This document shows, one piece after another, positions 62,445 to 64,000 of a DNA stretch of 64,000 nucleotides. The position numbers were made by a program, and so were the translations under genes. The DNA is from Squalus acanthias (lineage: Eukaryota), in the NCBI GenBank assembly GCA_030390025.1, contig CM059453.1, forward strand, positions 7,006,001 through 7,070,000. Reading direction: 5' to 3'. The notes under the pieces were generated by a model. It ran no database searches. It had not been told where the DNA came from and saw nothing but the letters and a program-made list of their open reading frames with translations. The stretch's first letter is position 1, and each line of letters opens with the position of its first letter.

Positions 62445-63810
62445 TAGCAAACGTAATAACGATATCTAAGAAGGGGGATAGAACATTTCAAGTTAATTAT
62501 AGACCAGTCAGCTTATCATCGGTGGGAGAAAAATTAATGGAATCCCTATTTAAGGAGAAAATGGAAGAACATCTGGAAACCAAAAATCTAATAATGAATG
62601 GTCAGCATGGATTTCAACAGGGAAAGTCTTGCTTGACCAACTTTATTGAATTGTTTGAAGAGGTAACTGCGAGAGTAGACAATTGCAATGCAGTAGATGT
62701 AATTTATCTGGATTTTCAAAAGGCCTTCGATAAGGTACCACATAATAGACAGATGAACAAGGTCAGCGAAACTGGAGTCAGGGGACAAGTAGCAGATGGG
62801 ATTGCTAGCTGGATTCAGAACAAACAGCAGAGAGTAGGAGTAAGGGGCAGCTATTCACAGTGGCAGCAGGTGGGTAGTGGTGTGCCACAAGGATCAGTGC
62901 TGCGACCACTGCTGTTCAAAATTTGCATTAACGATTTAGACTTTGGAATCAAAAACAATTTCAGATGACACCAAATTGGGGGGGATAGTCAATACTGAGG
63001 AGGACTGCAACAAATTACAGGAGGACATTAATAAACTTACAGAATGGGCAAATAATTGGCAAATGAAGTTCAAAATAGATAAACGTGAGGTATTACATTT
63101 TGTTAGGAAGAATAGGGAGGTCACTTATTACTTGGATGGTGTGAGTCTAGGAGGGGTAGAGGAACAAAGGGATCTCGGAGTATAAATACACAAATCACTA
63201 AAAGTTGCGCCACAGGTTAGCAAGGCCATAAAAAGCAATTCAAGCACAACGCTTTAAGGATTGTTTCTAGAGGGATAGAATTGAAAAGTAGGGAAGTTAT
63301 GCTAAATCTGTAGGTGCAGAGAAGATTTACAAGTATGATACCAGAAATGCAAGGGTATACCTATCAGGAAAAGATGAAAAGGCTGGGTCTCTTTTCTCTT
63401 GAAAAAAGAAGGCTGAGGGATGACCTAAGAGAGGACTTTAAAAATATGAAAGGTTTTGATGAAGTGGATACAGAGAGAATGTTTCCACTTGTGGGGAAGA
63501 GCATATCTAGAGGCCATCAATATCAGATAGTCACCAAGAAATCCAATAGGGAATTCAGAAGAAACTTCTTTACCTAAAGCGTGGTGAGAATGTGGAACTC
63601 ACTACCACAGGGAGTGGTTGAAGCGAATAGTATGGATGCATTTAAGGGGAGGCTGGACAAGCATATGAGGGAGAACGGAACAGAGGGTTTTGCTGACAGA
63701 TTGAGGTGAGTAAAGATGGGAGGAGTCTGGAGTGGAACATAAACGCCGGCAGGGTCTGGTTGGGCCGGTTGGCCTGTTTCTGTGCCGTATATCCTATGTG
63801 ATCCTATGTA
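62445..63810 (+). mobile_element. CR1 RT and 3' end inserted in the upstream region of the next paralog
   Basis: NYRPVSL, DFQKAFDKVPH, GVPQGSVL; (atcctatgt)n tail. Confidence 0.9.
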
Positions 63811-63869
63811 ATCATCAGTAAATCTGAACATGTTCACAGACATATTCGAACTGTCCGAGAGTGACAACA

Positions 63870-64000
63870 GTTATGTTCACTAACAGTGAAGGAGTTTCAC
63901 AACCTATGTGAGGTAACACGGTTGCCAATGATTGGTGGATTTCCAACAGTTGATATCCCGATGCTCTTATACAATAGATTACTGGCGAGCTGAATCCAGC
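63870..64000 (+). promoter_or_regulatory. Paralogous promoter of the next cluster gene (beyond the window)
   Basis: Aligns by eye to 44380-44510 and contains the palindrome CCAATGATTGG (63925-63935). 61820-62400 aligns to 43620-44250. Confidence 0.5.

Overview
Vertebrate genomic DNA, most likely a cartilaginous fish. This is inferred from the SacSINE1/Deu-type SINEs and the shark-type CR1 LINE tails. The window holds a rearranged cluster of Siglec/MAG/CD22-type Ig-superfamily receptor genes in a repeat-rich background (CR1 LINEs, SINEs, Penelope-type ends, a ~750-bp MITE family). Gene A (+, 3' part, 1-10089) and gene B (+, 44577-60756) have neutral transmembrane (TM) segments and two-tyrosine inhibitory tails (VLYAAV plus a distal EYAAI). 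Gene B has a leader and a Siglec V-set exon with the essential Arg (YYFRV). Its first C2 exon is dead but can be skipped in frame, giving a predicted 423-aa product. Gene C (-, 26006 down to 12351) carries an Arg-containing TM of the FcRgamma-coupling type, a short tyrosine-free tail and a fossil ITIM exon behind the stop. It has a +1 phase problem in the TM exon and no V/leader exon. Also present: further gene fragments, a 4575-bp tandem duplication (29004-38153), nested and inverted MITEs, two minisatellites, candidate minimal hammerhead ribozymes, and the promoter of a next paralog at the right edge. Exon boundaries were derived by hand from GT-AG signals and paralog comparison. Repeat boundaries are approximate and no database search was run.
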